From Acidimicrobiia bacterium (GTDB lineage Bacteria; Actinomycetota; Acidimicrobiia; Spongiisociales; ZC4RG35): DNA of 57,722 bases. Shown here piece after piece: positions 45,687 to 55,141 of the stretch; positions within the stretch are counted from its first letter, which is position 1, and every line of letters begins with the position of its first letter. The notes under the pieces are model-generated. The model did not search any database. It was given only the letters and a program-made list of their open reading frames with translations, and was not told the origin of the DNA. Where the stretch lies: assembly GCA_035711995.1 (NCBI GenBank), contig DASTBQ010000110.1, forward strand, positions 1 to 57,722, in the 5' to 3' direction. A program made the position numbers and the translations under genes.

Positions 45687-47492
45687 ATGACTGACAAGCC
45701 GTGGCTCGGTCGTGACGACGTTGGCGGGGTGGCGAGTCAGCCACGCCCCGACCTGCAGCCACCTCCCCATTGGCGTCTCGACGCCGTATTCGCGACGGAA
45801 CGACCACATCATCCCGCGGTTTCGCCTGACGGGACAAAGGTGGCGTTCATCCTCTCCGCCTCAGGGACCAGCGATGTCTACGTCATCGACATCGCGATTG
45901 GTAGTCAGGCGAAACGGCTCTCCACCGACCGTTCGCTCACCAATTACTGGGAAGACGCCACATCGAAGTGGAGTCCCGACGGGGCTCGACTCGCATACAG
46001 GTCAGGTGACGACGTGTTGGTGGTCTCTGCTGATGGAGGACCTCCAACCAGGATCCCCGACGTTGGGCTCGGGGCGTGGCTAGACGACGAAAGGCTCGTG
46101 ATCACCGTCGATCGGGATCGCACCACCAGGCTCGCCGTGGTGACCGTGGCCGATCCTTGGCCTCAGCCGTTCGGTCCTCGTGGGGGGGACGTCGGTCAGG
46201 TCCAAATCGCCGGAGAAGGCCTCGTGGTTGCCACGTTCTGGCCCAGGGATGACTTCAGCAGGTCGGACATAGTGATCGCTGAGCCGAGTGGTGACTGGCA
46301 CACCCTGGTGGGTCATCCCGACAGAAGGGCGTTGGATGCCGCTGTCCACGGAAACAAGGTCGCCTATGTCCTCGAAGACGGAGATTGGCGCGCCATGTAC
46401 TTGACCGACCTCGCCGGCAGCGATCACCGATTGCTCGCCAAGGAAGACGCCGATTTCGGCGAGCTCTCCTGGTCTCCCGATGGGAGAGCCCTGGCGGCGA
46501 CCCGTACCAGACATGGACAGGCCGACCTGGTCACCGTCGCCGACAGCGGAGCAGTCGAGACAGTGGCCACCGGGGGCTTCTGGCAGACCCCGCAGTGGGC
46601 GAACGATCGGCTGGTCGCCATCGAGGAGAGTCACGCCCTCCCCCCTCGCCTCGTCGCCGTGGGGGGCGGCCAGTTCGTCACGCTCTACGACGGAGCACCG
46701 GCGGCGGTCGCCCGTGCCCCACATCGGCCGTTCTCGAGAGTCATCATCACTGGACCCGGTGGTCTCGAGTTCGAAGGGTTTCTGTACCAACCGGATGAGG
46801 TCTCGGGACCGGTCCCGGCCGTGGTCTATCCGCACGGTGGTCCAACTTCTGTCTTTGGTGACGAGTGGGACGGCCACGCCCAGTACTTCATAGACAAGGG
46901 GTACGCCTGGCTCGCCATCAACTTCAGAGGGTCGACCACTTACGGACTGACGTTCGAGCGGTCAAACCACGACGACTGGGGTGTCGGCGATACCGGCGAT
47001 TGCATCGCCGCCGGGCGCTATCTACAAAGTCTCGACTGGGTCGACGACAACCGCATCGGGATCTTCGGGGCGAGTTACGGGAGCTATATGGCGCTCGCCT
47101 CGCTGGTCCACCCCGACAACCCATTCGCATGTGGCGTCGCCAAGTACGGGGACTGCAACATCCTCACATCGTGGGCACAAGGCGACCGTGGTGGGGTCGA
47201 CGACCTGGAGCGAATGATGGGCCATCCCTCGCAGCACCGAGAGGCCTATCTGAAGGGCTCCCCCATCCACGTCGTCGACAATCTGGATCGGCCGATCCTC
47301 ATCGCACACGGGGAGAAGGACGCAAGGGTCAACGTGAAGCAGTCTGAGGAGCTGGTCGCCGAGTTGGCACGTCTTGGCAAGCAATATGAGTACGTCACCT
47401 ACCCCGACGAAGCCCACGGATTTGCCCGCCGTGAGTCCCAGATCGACTTCTACCAGAGGTTGGAGCGGTTCTTCGACTGGTATTTGATGTAG
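45687..47492 (+). CDS. S9 family serine peptidase with an N-terminal TolB-like beta-propeller
   Basis: Propeller repeats (PDG...A), nucleophile GASYGSYM, GEKDARV (Asp) and DEAHGF (His). Confidence 0.88.
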   Translation: MTDKPWLGRDDVGGVASQPRPDLQPPPHWRLDAVFATERPHHPAVSPDGTKVAFILSASGTSDVYVIDIAIGSQAKRLSTDRSLTNYWEDATSKWSPDGARLAYRSGDDVLVVSADGGPPTRIPDVGLGAWLDDERLVITVDRDRTTRLAVVTVADPWPQPFGPRGGDVGQVQIAGEGLVVATFWPRDDFSRSDIVIAEPSGDWHTLVGHPDRRALDAAVHGNKVAYVLEDGDWRAMYLTDLAGSDHRLLAKEDADFGELSWSPDGRALAATRTRHGQADLVTVADSGAVETVATGGFWQTPQWANDRLVAIEESHALPPRLVAVGGGQFVTLYDGAPAAVARAPHRPFSRVIITGPGGLEFEGFLYQPDEVSGPVPAVVYPHGGPTSVFGDEWDGHAQYFIDKGYAWLAINFRGSTTYGLTFERSNHDDWGVGDTGDCIAAGRYLQSLDWVDDNRIGIFGASYGSYMALASLVHPDNPFACGVAKYGDCNILTSWAQGDRGGVDDLERMMGHPSQHREAYLKGSPIHVVDNLDRPILIAHGEKDARVNVKQSEELVAELARLGKQYEYVTYPDEAHGFARRESQIDFYQRLERFFDWYLM

Positions 47493-47539
47493 GTCTTCCG
47501 ACCCCTCAAGCCGTCAGGCCGGATTGCCGATTCCTGGCC

Positions 47540-47809
47540 GTGATGACAGCCTCCGCCGCCATGCAGACCTGGGCCGTCAAGCCCCTTGGCAAAGTGATCC
47601 GTGTCGCTCTCGCCTCGTTCGGGATGATCCTCGCCACCATGGTTCTGACCGGCGCCGCGTTCGTGGACACCGGTTCGTGGGCGCTGGTCTTGGTGGGTGT
47701 GGCGATTGCGGCCACCTCGGTGAGAGCCGCCCATGAGATGACGGTGACCCGTCTTGTTGCCCTCGCCGCCTCCCTATTGGCGACCCCGCTCACCCTGCAG
47801 ATCTTCTAG
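47540..47809 (+). CDS. Small hydrophobic membrane protein (hypothetical)
   Basis: 89 aa with 3 predicted TM helices and high GC3. It is followed by a strong terminator. The RBS is weak. Confidence 0.5.
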   Translation: MMTASAAMQTWAVKPLGKVIRVALASFGMILATMVLTGAAFVDTGSWALVLVGVAIAATSVRAAHEMTVTRLVALAASLLATPLTLQIF

Positions 47810-47837
47810 AAGCAGCGGCTCCGCTAAGGAACCCGCG

Positions 47838-47877
47838 ATCGAAAACGGCCACCGGCTTACGGTGGCCGTTTTTCGAT
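47838..47877 (+). terminator. Rho-independent terminator
   Basis: ATCGAAAACGGCCACCG-gctta-CGGTGGCCGTTTTTCGAT followed by TTTG. Confidence 0.8.
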
Positions 47878-48074
47878 TTGTCGGAGCAGTGTGGCCGACA
47901 GGCTGCCGGTCATGGCCCATTTCCCCGGAGGCCAATCTCCGGCTCGAGCATCCCAGCCCCCGGGCTCCGGACCGGACAACGCCGGTCCGCCCGGGCTTCC
48001 GCCCCGCCCAAGCAACTACCCAGTCTGGCCCTCGTAGGGGACATTCCCCATATACAGCCGGGGCGCGATGGGAC

Positions 48075-49337
48075 ATGATTGACGACACTAAGGGGGACTT
48101 CAGGGCAACCACTCCGTCCCTCGAAGCGACAATGGGGACCTCACCTGGAGGGCTGCGTAGCGGCCCTCCAGGCCCGTATCTGGGGCTAGACCACATGGAT
48201 TCAGCTAGCTTCCGCCACATGCTGAAGGGGAGTTTCACTCACCGGGGCAGTCCCGAGCTCGAATCCACCCTTCGACGGATGGTCGTCGTCTTCAGGTTCC
48301 TGGGATGGATCTGGATGATGCTCCTCGTCGTCGTCACGGTGATCGCAGAACCCCCACCACGGCTCTGGATCGTCTATGCCACCGTCGCCTTGGCCACCTC
48401 ATGGTCACTGCTCACCTGGTATATGGCCAGGAATCATCCGAAAGGTCTGGCCAGTGGCGGTTGGTTCGCCCTGGACAGCCTCGTGATGCTGGCAATCGGG
48501 GCCGCATCGGTCGCTGCCGGGGCCGATGAGTTGTTCCACGGCGGGCTTCCGCTCTCCTACGTATTCGTGGGCGCCCTGTGGGGCGGACTCCCCGGTTCCC
48601 TGATCGCAGCCGTTCTCCTCGCCGCCGAACAGTTCGCGGTGCACGTCATCGCCGACCTGGGAGCGGTGCGGGCCGCAGGCAGCATCATCTTCTTCATCGT
48701 TGCCGCAATAGTCGGTTGGACCTTCGACCGGCTCCGTGACTACGACATCGCCCGGCAACGGGCCGAAGGAGAGTTGGCAGCAGAGAGAGAGGCCGTCGCC
48801 GCCCACGAGGCCAGGGTGATGCTCGTGACCAAGCTTCACGATTCGGTGCTGCAGACTTTCCACGCGATACGCATGGGTGCCGACGACCCGGCCCAATCCC
48901 GCTATCTGGCCCGTCGTCAGGAGCGGGAGTTACGTCGCAACATCGAAGAGTGGAGGTCTCAATACCACCGGAGCTTCCGAGCTGCGTTGCTGGCTGTTCG
49001 CGATGACGTGGAGGACATCCACCGTGTCGAGATCGAAGCGGTGATCAGGGACGATGCCGAGCTGACACCTGAGCTCGAAGCCGGGATCGAGGCCGCCCGG
49101 GAGGCTCTCACCAATGCGGTGAAGCACTCTCATGCCCAGCGCATATCGATGTTCTCCGAGGTGGCCGAGGGCACCGCGACGATTCACATCCGGGACAATG
49201 GGACCGGGATCAATGGTGCAGATGTGAGCAGGCTCTCGGGAAAACTCAATCAGAGAGTCGAAAGCGTCGGTGGATTGGTGGCAGTGGACAGTGGCGCACT
49301 GGATGGCACCGAGGTCAAGATCACGGTAGGAAACTGA
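48075..49337 (+). CDS. Sensor histidine kinase (HisKA_3 / NarL-partner class) with a polytopic N-terminal sensor
   Basis: H-box KLHDSVLQTF, N-box EALTNAVKHS and G-box IRDNGTGI. The start is uncertain (48075, or a downstream ATG). The sequence upstream of 48075 contains the terminator. Confidence 0.8.
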   Translation: MIDDTKGDFRATTPSLEATMGTSPGGLRSGPPGPYLGLDHMDSASFRHMLKGSFTHRGSPELESTLRRMVVVFRFLGWIWMMLLVVVTVIAEPPPRLWIVYATVALATSWSLLTWYMARNHPKGLASGGWFALDSLVMLAIGAASVAAGADELFHGGLPLSYVFVGALWGGLPGSLIAAVLLAAEQFAVHVIADLGAVRAAGSIIFFIVAAIVGWTFDRLRDYDIARQRAEGELAAEREAVAAHEARVMLVTKLHDSVLQTFHAIRMGADDPAQSRYLARRQERELRRNIEEWRSQYHRSFRAALLAVRDDVEDIHRVEIEAVIRDDAELTPELEAGIEAAREALTNAVKHSHAQRISMFSEVAEGTATIHIRDNGTGINGADVSRLSGKLNQRVESVGGLVAVDSGALDGTEVKITVGN

Positions 49338-49979
49338 GTGACACGCCGGATCTATCTGGTGGACGATCACGACGTGGTTCGCGCCGGTATGAAAGCGGTG
49401 CTCGACGACACCTTCGACATAGTCGGCGAGGCTGGTGACATCGACGCTGCGGTCGCTGGCATCCTCGAGACGAAACCCGAGATGGTCGTCCTGGACGTGA
49501 AACTGCCCAGTGGGGGCGGAGCGGACGTCATCGAGCGGGTGAGGCGATCACTGCCGGAGGTCAAGTTCATGGCTCTCACCGTCTCCTCGTCCCGCGACGA
49601 TGTGGTCAAGATGATGCAGGCCGGTGTCGACGGGTATGTCACCAAGACGACGTTGGCCGACCAGTTACCCGACCTCATCGATAGGACCCTCGACGGGCAA
49701 CGACCTGTGACCGCCGACGTGGCAGCCTTCATGCTCGACATCGACGAAGACATCGACGCCACATCGACGATCGAGAGACTCACCCCTAGGGAGCGAGAGG
49801 TGGTCAATCTGATCGCCCGTGGCTATTCGTACCGGGAGACGGCGGCGCGCCTCAGCATCTCGGTCAAGACCCTGGAGAGCCACATGGGGAACATCTTCGA
49901 GAAGCTGTCGGTGGCTAGCCGTCACGAACTGGCGGCGCTCGCCTACGAAGAAGGTTATGTAGACAGGCCCGACCCTTGA
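49338..49979 (+). CDS. NarL/LuxR-family response regulator
   Basis: IYLVDDH, VVLDVKLP and the LTPREREV...GYSYRETAARLSISVKTLESH HTH. GTG start adjacent to the HK stop. Confidence 0.92.
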   Translation: MTRRIYLVDDHDVVRAGMKAVLDDTFDIVGEAGDIDAAVAGILETKPEMVVLDVKLPSGGGADVIERVRRSLPEVKFMALTVSSSRDDVVKMMQAGVDGYVTKTTLADQLPDLIDRTLDGQRPVTADVAAFMLDIDEDIDATSTIERLTPREREVVNLIARGYSYRETAARLSISVKTLESHMGNIFEKLSVASRHELAALAYEEGYVDRPDP

Positions 49980-49989
49980 ATGTGATTGG

Positions 49990-50652
49990 TCATTCGGCGA
50001 CGAACCGATACCCCATCCCGCGCAGGGTCTCGATCGATCCCTCGCCCAGCTTCTTCCGGAGATAACCGACGTAGACGTCCACGACATTCGAGCCCGGATC
50101 GAAGTCATATCCCCAAACCCGTGACAGCAATTGCTCGCGCGACAAGACATGACCCGCATGCTCCATGAGCGTCGCTGCCAACGAGAACTCCCGAGCCGAA
50201 AGACTGACTTCCACCCCACCCACCTCTGCGCGACGAGTACGGAGGTCGAGGGTGACATCGCCCCTTTTGACCAGGTTGCCGTCGACGGTGGGAACATCGC
50301 GAAGACGTACCCGAACTCGAGCCAGGATCTCCTGGAACGAGAATGGCTTCGTCACGTAGTCGTCGGCTCCCCCCTCCAGCCCGGCGACCTTGTCTTGAAC
50401 GCTCTTCCTCGCGGTGAGGATTATCACCGGCAGCCGATCACCTCGTTCCCTGACCGAGGCGAGAACGTCGGCCCCATCGCGCCCCGGTAGTCCGAGGTCG
50501 AGGATCATGAGGTCGAAGAAGTCGTCCCGTGCCACGTCGGTTGCCTTGATCCCGTCTTCGACCACCATCGTCGTGAACCCCTCGGCGCGCAGACCCTTCT
50601 CCAGGAATGAAGCGATGCCTGGCTCGTCCTCCACGATCAGGATCCGGCTCAC
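49990..50652 (-). CDS. OmpR/PhoB-family response regulator
   Basis: ILIVEDE, LMILDLGLPG and the winged-helix region VDVYVGYLRKKL...TLRGMGYRF. The GTG start overlaps the HK stop (GTGA). Confidence 0.93.
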   Translation of the reverse strand: MSRILIVEDEPGIASFLEKGLRAEGFTTMVVEDGIKATDVARDDFFDLMILDLGLPGRDGADVLASVRERGDRLPVIILTARKSVQDKVAGLEGGADDYVTKPFSFQEILARVRVRLRDVPTVDGNLVKRGDVTLDLRTRRAEVGGVEVSLSAREFSLAATLMEHAGHVLSREQLLSRVWGYDFDPGSNVVDVYVGYLRKKLGEGSIETLRGMGYRFVAE

Positions 50653-52109
50653 TGCTTCTCCGACGGTCGTGACGGGATAGTGATCGTGAAGACGTTTCCA
50701 CCGTCTGACGATGCGTCGACGCCGACATTGCCTCCATGCGCCTCGGCGATGGCCGCCGTGATCGCGAGACCTAGACCCGCCCCGTCGGTCTTGTGGCGAC
50801 TCGAGCCGACGCGGGCAAACCTGTCGAAGATGCGATCGCGCAGCTCTGCTGGGATCGGCTCCCCCTCATCGGCGACCCACATGCTGACGTTGCCTCGCCA
50901 GTTCAGCTTGCTGCCGATCCTCACCGGGGTGTCCGCCGGGCTGTGCTCGGCGGCATTGCGGATGAGGTTCATCATCGCCTGATTCAGTCTATGACGGTCC
51001 GCCTCGATGACCACGTGGTCGGCCCGCTCCACCTGCCAGTCGCGCTTGTCCAATGTGCGCGCTTTGGCGGCGAGATCGGTGGTGAACTCGCCGAGGTCGA
51101 TTGGAGCGGGCTGGAGGAAGTCTGGCTGTTCCGCTTTGGCCAGGTCCAAGAGGTCGTCAACGATTCGAGACATCCGATCTAGCTCGTCGGTGACGAGTGC
51201 GATAGTGCTCGCACGTTCCGCAGGGTCATCACCCATGACCTCCAGGTTTCCCCGGATGATGGTGATCGGCGTCCGCAGTTCGTGGCCGGCATCGTCGATG
51301 AACCTCCGCTGTGAAGCGAAGCCCTCATCGAGACGATCGAGCATGGCGTTGAAGGTTCGTCCTAGTTCTGCGATTTCGTCGTCGCCTTCCACATCGATCC
51401 GACTATGCAGATCTGTATCGCTTATCGATCGCGCGGTCTCGATGAGCTCGGTCAGAGGTTTGAGGATCCGTCCCGCTGCAATCCAGGCAGCGACCGAAGC
51501 AAGAAGGAATATCGACCCGTACACGATCGCTCCGAGCCGAACCACGTCACCCACCGCGGCGAACCTGTCCTCCATGAGCACCGCCACCACGAAAACGCCG
51601 GATTCTCGATCACTCCCCACCAGGGGCACTGCGAGATAGTGGATCTCCCCGAAGTCAGGATCGTCCACCCTGCCCCTCCTGCTCTCCTCGAGGGTGGCCC
51701 AAGACGAGGCGACCTCCGTGGTCGCGATAGCGGCACCTCTGACATCGGTCTTATAGACAGTGCCGTTCACGAAGGTGATCAGGCCTTCTCCCTCGAGAGG
51801 GACATTTCTGGCCAGAAATGTGTCGAAAATCGCGGATACGTCCCTACCGAACGGCTCCCCGGTGACCGGATCGATCCCACCCACCAGCTGCTCCAGCTCA
51901 TCGACCTCCTGGTTCAACGCCGACTCGGCATCGGACTCGACCTGCGCCAAGAGAAAGGTTCGCTGCAACAGGAGCGCTGCGACGAGAGAGATACCGAGCA
52001 ACGCCACATACCAGCCGAGGATCCGCACCCGCACCGAGGCGGATCGGACCCGACTGGTTGATCGTTCCTCGGGCGCCGACACCACCGTGGCGCCGTCTGT
52101 GTCCATCAT
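50649..52109 (-). CDS. Sensor histidine kinase (2 TM, HAMP, HisKA, HATPase_c)
   Basis: RRFIDDAGHELRTP H-box, NLIRNAAEHS, ADEGEPIP and GAGLGLAI. Confidence 0.9.
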   Translation of the reverse strand: MMDTDGATVVSAPEERSTSRVRSASVRVRILGWYVALLGISLVAALLLQRTFLLAQVESDAESALNQEVDELEQLVGGIDPVTGEPFGRDVSAIFDTFLARNVPLEGEGLITFVNGTVYKTDVRGAAIATTEVASSWATLEESRRGRVDDPDFGEIHYLAVPLVGSDRESGVFVVAVLMEDRFAAVGDVVRLGAIVYGSIFLLASVAAWIAAGRILKPLTELIETARSISDTDLHSRIDVEGDDEIAELGRTFNAMLDRLDEGFASQRRFIDDAGHELRTPITIIRGNLEVMGDDPAERASTIALVTDELDRMSRIVDDLLDLAKAEQPDFLQPAPIDLGEFTTDLAAKARTLDKRDWQVERADHVVIEADRHRLNQAMMNLIRNAAEHSPADTPVRIGSKLNWRGNVSMWVADEGEPIPAELRDRIFDRFARVGSSRHKTDGAGLGLAITAAIAEAHGGNVGVDASSDGGNVFTITIPSRPSEKQ

Positions 52110-52169
52110 CAGAGGTTAAGTAGATAGTGGTACCGGGACGGCATCGGCCTCCGTCCCGGACGATTCGGA

Positions 52170-52628
52170 TCAGCTGTCGAGGGAATCCACAGAACCGGTT
52201 GAGTCGACCGAGTCTGCCGGGCTGTCATCGGGCGACGCGTCGTCGACAGGGGGTGGCGGATCCGCGGGCGAGTCACTTGTTTCAGGGCTGTCCGTCGCCA
52301 TCGGGCTATCGGCATCGTCAGGCGAGTCATCCGCCCCTGTCGTCGCCACTGTCGCCTGTGTCGTTTCGGTGATATCAGCGCTTGCCAGAGGCGAGTCGAG
52401 AGAGTCTCCTGGATCAATGGTCGGTGATGGGACGATCTGAAAGTTCGACTCGTTCCCGGACAGTTGAGAAGTGACGTTTGCGGAACGCGTGTCGTCCAAC
52501 TCGATCGGTGGAGGGCTGCCCGCCTGGCTGGTCGGGCTGGCCACCGCCAGGCCACCGACGCCCAGGGCCGCCACCGTGGCCACGCTGGCCACGACTTTCC
52601 AATTGCGTGCTTGTTCTTTCGTCTGCAT
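52170..52628 (-). CDS. Secreted or anchored acidic D/S/P-rich low-complexity protein
   Basis: AAGGAG SD 5 nt upstream of the ATG. N-terminal signal/anchor is WKVVASVATVAALGVGGLAVA. The C-terminal half is DSP/DDS-rich and ends in SVDSTGSVDSLDS. Confidence 0.65.
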   Translation of the reverse strand: MQTKEQARNWKVVASVATVAALGVGGLAVASPTSQAGSPPPIELDDTRSANVTSQLSGNESNFQIVPSPTIDPGDSLDSPLASADITETTQATVATTGADDSPDDADSPMATDSPETSDSPADPPPPVDDASPDDSPADSVDSTGSVDSLDS

Positions 52629-52654
52629 GGTCGCTCCTTCTCTGCTAAATCGAC

Positions 52655-53917
52655 CTATTGATTGAATCCTCGGTCCGACCCGTGAGAACGGGCTGAGATG
52701 GCTGTGAGACTCTTCTCATCGAGCCGGTCGGCGCTTCCGATCCACTGTTCCGCGATGTCGATGCGGCTCTTCGTCTCCGACACCCAATCGTCACTCTGGA
52801 CGCGAAACGGTCCCGTGGCCAGGCCCAAGACCACCGCAGCTACGGCCAGACGGAGCTCGACCGGATCTACAGAGTTGTCCCAGATCTGGTTGAGCGAGTG
52901 TGCGATCTCAACTGTTCGCCGTGGTGATCTAGATGACGGCGCGAGGAGGTGGAGGTGACCGAGCATGGTCGCCGGGTCCGCGACTGGGCTTCCCCAGCCG
53001 TACCCGTCAACATCGATCAAACCCAGACGGCCATCCGAGACTGCGACGACCTGCGCTTCGTGGAAGTCCCCGTGTATCGGGACCAGAGCATCCACGACAC
53101 GTCCCCGTATCGCCTCGACCATGTAGCCGAGACGTCGGGCTTCCTCCGGAACGAGGTGCCTCAGAAGATCGACGACACGCTCCAGATGGTCGATGGGAGA
53201 ACCGCTCATCCACCCTGAAGGTGGCTCCGGGAGACTCGTTAGGAGTCTCGCGATTTCCTGAGCCTGTGGAAGGACCTGACCGTCGCTGCGCAACGCACGT
53301 CGCAGGTCGGGTCCAGAAAGGGCCTGCAGCGCCAAGATTCCCAGATCAGCATCGAAGCCAAGACTGTCAGGGACTCTCATGTGATCGGTGAGAAGACGGT
53401 GCCGTCTGTGAAGTGCTTCGACCCGGTCGGGACGGACGACCTTCAGAAAGATTGAGGCCGCATCGGCTTCGACTTCGACGACTCCGCGTCGACCGGGGCG
53501 ATACGAGCGAAGACGGCATCGTCTCACGCCACCGTGGTGGCCGAGGCCGGCGAGGAGGCGGCTAACGGCGCTTCGATCGAGGGCCGAACTCAGACCCGGC
53601 AGATGTGGGTCGTCGGGCACCACCCACATCTCCACTGTGGAGTCGACGCTTTCGACCGCGAAAGTCCCGGTGGCCCTCCCCCCGACGACCGCAACGATGT
53701 CCCGCTGGCCGTGCAGGGGGCCACCATCCCCGAACACTCGATACCTGACGGTGACCTGGTGGCCCGGTATCCAGTTGGCCTCGATTCGAGCCCACGAGAG
53801 AATGCCCGTGCCGAAGTGGGCGTAGAACGCAGCCAGGGGGCCCGGGAGGGTCTGGCCCATCACTTCGGAAAACCCGCTGAGCACGTCGTCGACTACCAGA
53901 TGACCCGTCGTGTGCAT
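52655..53917 (-). CDS. APH/maltokinase-like phosphotransferase
   Basis: Catalytic loop IHGDFHEAQV (Gln in place of the APH Asn, as in maltokinase-type enzymes) and LIDVDGYG. Start trimmed to ATG 53915-53917. Confidence 0.65.
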   Translation of the reverse strand: MHTTGHLVVDDVLSGFSEVMGQTLPGPLAAFYAHFGTGILSWARIEANWIPGHQVTVRYRVFGDGGPLHGQRDIVAVVGGRATGTFAVESVDSTVEMWVVPDDPHLPGLSSALDRSAVSRLLAGLGHHGGVRRCRLRSYRPGRRGVVEVEADAASIFLKVVRPDRVEALHRRHRLLTDHMRVPDSLGFDADLGILALQALSGPDLRRALRSDGQVLPQAQEIARLLTSLPEPPSGWMSGSPIDHLERVVDLLRHLVPEEARRLGYMVEAIRGRVVDALVPIHGDFHEAQVVAVSDGRLGLIDVDGYGWGSPVADPATMLGHLHLLAPSSRSPRRTVEIAHSLNQIWDNSVDPVELRLAVAAVVLGLATGPFRVQSDDWVSETKSRIDIAEQWIGSADRLDEKSLTAISARSHGSDRGFNQ

Positions 53918-53995
53918 GGGATCAGCCTCGTCTTGTCCCGTGAGTGGAAGATGAGAGCCGGATGAGAGTTCTCTCACGTCCGTCCCGGCAAGACT

Positions 53996-55141
53996 GTGGC
54001 CGTGGTCATCGTCTTCTGGGTTGCCCTCCTCGTACTCGCATTCGCACTTGCCCACATCGTTGCCGCCTGGGTCTATGCGAACGGTCTCTATAGGGACGTG
54101 TTGAAGGTGGGACCGAGGGTTGTGGCGCCGGGCGTCTGGGTTCGCTCCGTGGGCGCGGGCCGCATCACTCTCGAGGCCGAGGTCCCGCGTCAGGACATCG
54201 GGCATCCGGGGACACTGGGTCTTTCGTGGGGAGACGGCCGCGCCATGGTTGGCGATGTCGTAGCAGCCGATACGAGGACGATCGTGAGGACCTATTCACC
54301 GACAACCGACACGCTGCCACCGGTGTGCGATGGCCCCCTCGCCGACTGTGAACCCGTGTTCCTGGACGGCTACGTCTTCGTCGACCCGTCCGAGGTCGAT
54401 CTGGACTTCGTCGAGACTACTTACGAGACCCCACTGGGATCTCAGAGGGGGTGGCTCATTCCCGGACGCGACCCAACCAGGTGGGCCATTCATTGTCACG
54501 GCTGGCGGGCCGAGCGACGCGAACTGGTCAGACTCCTCCGACCTTTCGCCGCCGATGGACGCACCTCATTAGTGATCGAGTACCGCAACGACCCAGGCGG
54601 ACCCACCGACCCGACTGGCCGGTACCGGTTTGGGGTGACCGAGTGGGAGGACCTCGAAGCCGCCGTCCGGCGTGCCATGGATGATGGGGCCGAGGACCTG
54701 ATCCTGACTGGCTGTAGCACGGGGGGCGCGCTGGTGATGGCTTTCTTGGAGAGGTCGGACCTGGCGGACAGTGTCTCCGGAGTGGTTCTCGACGCCCCGA
54801 ACATCGTGCTTGCCGACACCTTTCGCCTCGCTCTGCTCGAAACGAAAGGCAGCCGTCTTCTCAAAGAGACAGCCCTGGTGATCGCCGGCATGCGGTGGGG
54901 GATCGACTGGGACACCACCAACTACGTCGGCCGGGGGCGTGAGATCCTCAAAGTGCCAACCCTTGTCTTCCACGGCACATCGGACCAAACCGTGCCTATC
55001 TCGGGGAGCCGACGGCTCCAATCCGAGATGCCTGAGATGGTCGACCTCATCGAGACCCCGGCGGCGGGGCACGTCCTCAGTTGGAACGTCGATCCCGCAC
55101 GCTATGAGGGGTACATCACCCGATTCCTGGAGCGTCTCTAG
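53996..55141 (+). CDS. Membrane-anchored alpha/beta hydrolase
   Basis: N-terminal TM helix, nucleophile elbow GCSTGG, HGTSDQTVP (Asp) and AAGHVLS (His). GTG start. Confidence 0.7.
   Translation: MAVVIVFWVALLVLAFALAHIVAAWVYANGLYRDVLKVGPRVVAPGVWVRSVGAGRITLEAEVPRQDIGHPGTLGLSWGDGRAMVGDVVAADTRTIVRTYSPTTDTLPPVCDGPLADCEPVFLDGYVFVDPSEVDLDFVETTYETPLGSQRGWLIPGRDPTRWAIHCHGWRAERRELVRLLRPFAADGRTSLVIEYRNDPGGPTDPTGRYRFGVTEWEDLEAAVRRAMDDGAEDLILTGCSTGGALVMAFLERSDLADSVSGVVLDAPNIVLADTFRLALLETKGSRLLKETALVIAGMRWGIDWDTTNYVGRGREILKVPTLVFHGTSDQTVPISGSRRLQSEMPEMVDLIETPAAGHVLSWNVDPARYEGYITRFLERL

Noticed and set aside
44216-45697. 493-aa ORF antisense to the aminotransferase/HDAC-like genes. Similar long shadow ORFs occur at 1505-2584(+), 6788-7900(+), 12544-13248(-), 40903-41619(-) and 46080-46877(-).
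   Set aside because: These are typical stop-poor antisense frames of GC-rich coding DNA. Their composition is Arg/Gly/Pro/Asp-rich with no recognisable motifs, and the opposite strand carries motif-verified genes.
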